Below are positions 48,058 to 64,000 of a DNA stretch of 64,000 nt, in pieces. How positions within the stretch are numbered: the stretch's first letter is position 1; the number at the start of each line of letters is the position of its first letter. The position numbers and the translations under genes were made by a program. The stretch lies in contig NIVC01000452.1 in NCBI GenBank assembly GCA_002269645.1, positions 186,001 to 250,000 on the forward strand. Reading direction: 5' to 3'. Below the pieces are notes generated by a model, which saw only the letters and a program-made list of their open reading frames with translations, made no database searches and had not been told where the DNA came from. The DNA comes from Macrostomum lignano. Taxonomy: Eukaryota.

Positions 48058-48520
48058 TGTGTGTACAGCTTATGTACAGCTTGTGTACAGCTTGTGTACA
48101 GCTTGTGTACAGCTTGTGCATAGCTTGTGTACAGCTTGTGCATAGCTTGTGTACAGCTTGTGTACAGCTTGTGTACAGCTTGTGTACAGCTTGTGTACAG
48201 CTTGTGTACAGCTTGTGTACAGCTTGTGTACAGTTGGTGTACAGCTTGTGTACAGCTTATTTACAGCTTGTGTACAGCTTGTGTACAGCTTGTGTACAGC
48301 TTGTGTACAGCTTGTGTACAGCTTGTGCATAGCTTGTGTACAGCTTGTGTACAGCTTGTGTACAGCTTGTGTACAGCTTGTGTACAGCTGGTGTACAGCT
48401 TGTGTACAGCTTATTTACAGCTTGTGTACAGCTTGTGTACAGCTTGTGTACAGCTTGTGTACAGCTTGTGTATAGCTTGTGTCCAGCTTGTGTACAGCTT
48501 GTGTACAGCTTATGTACAGC
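48058..48520. repeat. 11-bp quasi-palindromic satellite
   Basis: Unit GCTTGTGTACA (contains TGTACA and AGCT), about 42 copies. Confidence 0.97.
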
Positions 48521-50891
48521 TCACAGACCTGGCTGTGTTGATGGTTGACACAACTAGACTATTACGCTGAGTACTTCTTTTATTTTCTTCGATATTGAAT
48601 TTAAAGCTATTCCGCAGGTGCAACAGGCGGACTAATTAAATAGCTAATCACCTATGCTTGTCTGCAGGGATTTTTAATGCACATCGATCTGACTCATCCA
48701 TCACTGCAAAGCTGAGTGAGGCCTCAGATCTGTATTGACCCGAGTCCCAGTGAAGTGCTGAGCGCCTCGAAATTAATCAGATTAACCTGTCTAGTCCCAA
48801 CTCGAATCCTGCCTGGAGATTCGAATCGAGGCAATCTAGGCTGAGTTCATGTGAATCGGAGCGCTGTCGAATGTCAGATTAGCCATGTCCCGGGGTATCC
48901 GTGGGTCTCCTGCGCACTTGACTCCGCCTGATGCAGGGCTTTCTCAGCCTCGACTCGAGTTCAGCCCCGGGAGTGCTGCGAGAATAGCTGCCTCATTTCT
49001 GAGATGATTAATGAGTCGCTCAATCTCCTTCTTCTTGCCTTGCAGCACTTCCTTTTGTAACCTCTAAATCCTCTTTTTCTGACCAGCCGGGACCCCTTTT
49101 ATTATCCGTGCATGCCCAGCAGGTGGGCCAGCTCGTTTCCTCCCTTCAACTTGAGCTTGAGTTGCCCTCCCTTCTCCTGTCTCTGCGCCTGGGTGCCTTC
49201 GTCCTGCCCTTTTCCCCTTCTACTGCCTGTTTGATTCCTTTTAGAGCTGCCTGGATTTCCCTAGCTGTCTTTTGCAGACCGGCCCCTCCATCAACTGATG
49301 GTGCAGTTACAATATTCCCCCCTCCCAAAGCTGGGAAGTCACTTTGAACCGTGACTGCTCCTCCCCTCCGGCCTCCTCCCTTCCTGCAGTTTGAATTGGC
49401 AATTCAGAAATAGAAATTAGCGGAGCCAAGAGCTTAATTACTGCTAGCTACTAAAGAGCTCAAACCGTTCAACTCTCAGCTATAAGAGATGCAATCAGGA
49501 GTTTCCGTTCTGCTTTACGAGCTAGAAGCAGAAATTCCCAGAATTTCTAGATCTTTGAAGTGCATCAGTTCAGACTCTGCAACAAGCAGGAGCAACCAGT
49601 CAAAAGGAAAGGGAGATGAATCAAAATAAGAAGAATTTTTTGATTGAAGCCGGAACAAGGCAAGCGGCTAATTTCCCCTGGGAGAGCATTAACAGCAATA
49701 GCAGCAGCGGCTGAAGCGGCAAAGGCACTCAAGCACGACCTGGCTGTGGTCCTCCACCCTGGAGATGGGACCTTAACTTGTTGCTTTTGCTAGAAAGTTT
49801 CTGCCAATGCATGCGCTTTCTCATGCATAAGTAAACTGAACACTTGTTCTGCGAGGCCTTTTCCTTCTGCATTGGTTGATAAAAAACCCAGCTACACTCC
49901 GCAATGTGTTCAAGTTTCCGCTCCAAGACCAGTTCCGACACCAACTCTCCATTCTCTCCTCACCAGCCTAAGCCGGGCCTTGTGACGCAAACTGCATCAC
50001 CCGCAGAAGAGACGAGAGCCGCGGTCGTAGTGTGAATTGCGTCACTTTAGGGCTGAGATCTGAGAACAGTTGATGACCGCTGGTTTCAGGGGTGGAAGCT
50101 TAAATATGTTGCTGGGTGTAGTTGCCATGGCGTGCGACTTCTGACTCTTTTTCATTAAAAGTACAATTTTGAACAGGCGCAGAGCAGCTCAGCGGTAGGC
50201 GCGCCAGACTCTCGCGCCAGACCTCTAGCTTGATTCCACCTTCATTTGGGGCTTGTGTCGCGTGATTCACAACCATGAGAGCCAATACCCAAGGCACACA
50301 GAGTGTACATGCCTGACGATTTGAAAGTCAGGGCCGCTGTACACCCTGTGTGAGCGAGTGTGTGAGTGCGTGCTTGCGCAACGCATGTGCTCAAGAGCCA
50401 GCGGAATGGGCAGAACGGAATGATTATCATTTTACTATAGGGTCACTCATTAGAGGGTCACTCGGCCTCTGCATCGAGCGTCGGGTAACACGCGAGGTCA
50501 CCCTGAGACAAATCTACGAGTATTTTTCTTGTCCAGCAGAATCTCGCGCGCGCAAATCCCAGGAGAGAATTCGTTCATTGAAAAAAGACAAGCTAAGGGT
50601 TTTAATTCTCCTCACTCGCTTTTTCAATACAGACAGCTCTGCCTAATCCAGAGCTGCCACGCAAATCCGTTCACCTGGCCTTCCTGACACTCGCTGCTTT
50701 TTAGGACCGTGAGATCGGGTGGGACAGGGGGCAGGGGACAATGCACTTCAAGCTCCCTGCCCTGTCCAATCCAGCCATCCCTTGGAAGAATTCTCCAACC
50801 CACCCCCCCCCCCCTTCCATAGCTTCAACTATCGCGTAAAAGCGGGTCTAGAAGCTTAGAAGCAGCAGCTCCAGAAGAGAGGAACTCAGCC

Positions 50892-61568
<10,677 letters not shown>

Positions 61569-62527
61569 TGCCCTTCTAAACGATTTCGTTTGGGTAAACG
61601 GCGGGAGTAACTTTAACTCTTAAGAGCCAGTAGAATGCTTCGCCATCTTGTTAGTATAGATTAGCGATGTGAAGTTGTATTGAAGTTGAAGTCAACAAAA
61701 TAGGTTTAAATAATTACAGTAAGGGCATTTTACAAGCTTGAAATTTCACATTGTCAAAAATTCGATCTTGTCAATCAGTTTCTGTCTGGTCAAATACAAC
61801 TTAAACCATTTCGAAAATTTTAAACTTATTCGAGCTTATCAAAGTTCGCTCCAGTCAATAGTAACCAGCTTCTACCTTCGTAGTAGCAGTCAGTGGTCCT
61901 TGTTTTTAGACACAAACACACACACACACCTGACCCACTTCAGCCAATGTAACGAATTGAAGGATGCAATGTACTTTTACTTCAGCTTTTTCTATTTCTA
62001 GTTGTCCTTGGCTTATACGTAGAAAAATGCGCTTCATTAACTGAGTTCTCCTCATCGAGCGAGTGTGAGTTTAAAGAACAGTATTTAATTAAGAATTTTT
62101 GTATCGCTAATTGTTATTCAAAATTACAAACTCATTGTAGTACTTTCAGTAGAGCGTTAAGTACTAAACAAGGAAGATTTACTGTCTGGACATGGCCTAT
62201 ACTCGAAGCTCTTGGACTGAAATGCAGAGAATGAACAAGCCGATTGATAAAGTATAGTACTATAGTACGCAAAAATTATAATGTATTAACTTTGCCAAGC
62301 TGTTGCCATGAACTATAAACCATTGCGTAAAATATAATTAGTTATTTTTCTTTTAATCACGTAAAAACCTGGCCGTTCAAATGAATTTTTAAAAATTCTT
62401 TCATAACTTTTGAAACAGGAATACAATTTAACTGCAATTTATACTAAGTCATCTACTTCAAGTAGGTCGGTACCGGTTTATTTTTATAAAGATATCACTG
62501 TAATTAGAATTGGAACTTTAGAATAAA

Positions 62528-64000
62528 GTCTGTGTCAGACAATCGCATGCACTCACATTGGAGTCTGTGTGTCAGACAATCGCATGCACTCACATTGGAG
62601 TCTGTGTGTCAGACAATCGCATGCACTCACATTGGAGTCTATGTGTCAGACAATCGCATGCACTCACATTGGAGTCTATGTGTCAGACAATCGCATGCAC
62701 TCACATTGGAGTCTATGTGTCAGACAATCGCATGCACTCACATTGGAGTCTATGTGTCAGACAATCGCATTAACTCACATTGGAGTCTGTGTGTCAGACA
62801 CTCGCATTGGAGTCTGTGTGTCAGACAATCGCATGCACTCACATTGGAGTCTGTGTGTCAGACAATCGCATGCACTCACATTGGAGTCTGTGTGTCAGAC
62901 AATCGCATTAACTCACATTGGAGTCTGTCAGACAATCGCATGCACTCACATTGGAGTCTGTGTGTCAGACAATCGCATGCACTCACATTGGAGTCTATGT
63001 ATCAGACAATCACATGCATTCACATTGCATTACGATTGCATTACGATAGTAGTAAACAAAAATTAAGTAGTCCCGTGTCGCATGCACTCACATTAGTCTG
63101 TGTGTCAGACAATCGCATGCACTCACATTAGTCTGTGTGTCAGACAATCGCATGCACTCACATTAGAGTCTATGTGTCAGACAATCGCATGCATTAACAT
63201 TGGAGTCTGTGTGTCAGACAATCGCATTGGAGTCTGTGTGTCAGACAATCGCATGCATTAACATTGGAGTCTGTGTGTCAGACAATCGCATTGGAGTCTG
63301 TGTGTCAGACAATCGCATTGGAGTCTGTGTGTCAGACAATCGCATTGGAGTCTGTGTGTCAGACAATCGCATTGGAGTCTGTGTGTCAGACAATCGCATT
63401 GGAGTCTGTGTGTCAGACAATCGCATTGGAGTCTGTGTGTCAGACAATCGCATTGGAGTCTGTGTGTCAGACACTCGCATTGGAGTCTGTGTGTCAGACA
63501 CTCGCATTGGAGTCTGTGTGTCAGACAATCGCATTGGAGTCTGTGTCAGACAATCGCATTGGAGTCTGTGTCAGACACTCGCATTGGAGTCTGTGTGTCA
63601 GACAATCGCATTGGAGTCTGTGTCAGACAATCGCATTGGAGTCTGTGTCAGACAATCGCATTGGAGTCTGTGTCAGACACTCGCATTGGAGTCTATGTGT
63701 CAGACAATCGCATTGGAGTCTGTGTCAGACAATCGCATTGGAGTCTGTGTGTCAGACAATCGCATTGGAGTCTGTGTCAGACACTCGCATTGGAGTCTGT
63801 GTGTCAGACACTCGCATTGGAGTCTGTGTGTCAGACAATCGCATTGGAGTCTGTGTGTCAGACAATCGCATTGGAGTCTGTGTGTCAGACAATCGCATTG
63901 GAGTCTGTGTGTCAGACAATCGCATTGGAGTCTGTGTGTCAGACAATCGCATTGGAGTCTGTGTGTCAGACAATCGCATTGGAGTCTGTGTGTCAGACAA
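62528..64000. repeat. 37-bp to 27/25-bp minisatellite running off the window end
   Basis: GTGTGTCAGACAATCGCATGCACTCACATTGGAGTCT at left; deletion derivative GTGTGTCAGACAATCGCATTGGAGTCT at right. Confidence 0.96.

Noticed and set aside
48600-50700. Short ORFs (49146-49328, 49729-49944, 50350-50646) as a hidden gene or gag remnant
   Set aside because: No recognisable domain and no consistent splice chain; may be TE debris or the SLC17 upstream region.

Overview
Eukaryotic (animal) genomic DNA, not prokaryotic: GC-rich exons with GT-AG introns sit in AT-rich DNA crowded with minisatellites, SINEs and MITEs. The style resembles the flatworm Macrostomum (inference only). Six protein-coding loci were assembled by hand from splice sites and reading phase: a SCAMP gene (- strand, 5 exons, 350 aa); CIAO2B/FAM96B/MIP18 (+, 2 exons, 154 aa); an XRCC4/XLF/PAXX-superfamily head-domain gene about 1 kb downstream of it (+, 2 exons); an NFAT5/TonEBP-like Rel-homology transcription factor (+, 8 exons, about 950 aa); a very divergent class B (secretin-like) GPCR (+); and an SLC17/VGLUT-like MFS transporter (+, 4 exons, 573 aa). 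A dead mariner with an internal duplication lies in an NFAT intron. There are more than 25 different tandem arrays, and most long ORFs in the ORF track are artefacts of them. Best leads: (1) many introns look like ~70-110 bp introns inflated by a private minisatellite that starts close to a splice site, often with splice-site-like units; (2) a possible trans-spliced CIAO2B + XRCC4/PAXX-like genome-maintenance operon; (3) a VGLUT-like transporter with an apparent Arg-to-Asp charge reversal in the substrate pocket; (4) one MITE family in sense orientation just behind three stop codons; (5) a templated-insertion repair scar in the mariner. Protein family comparisons are from recalled motifs, not database searches.
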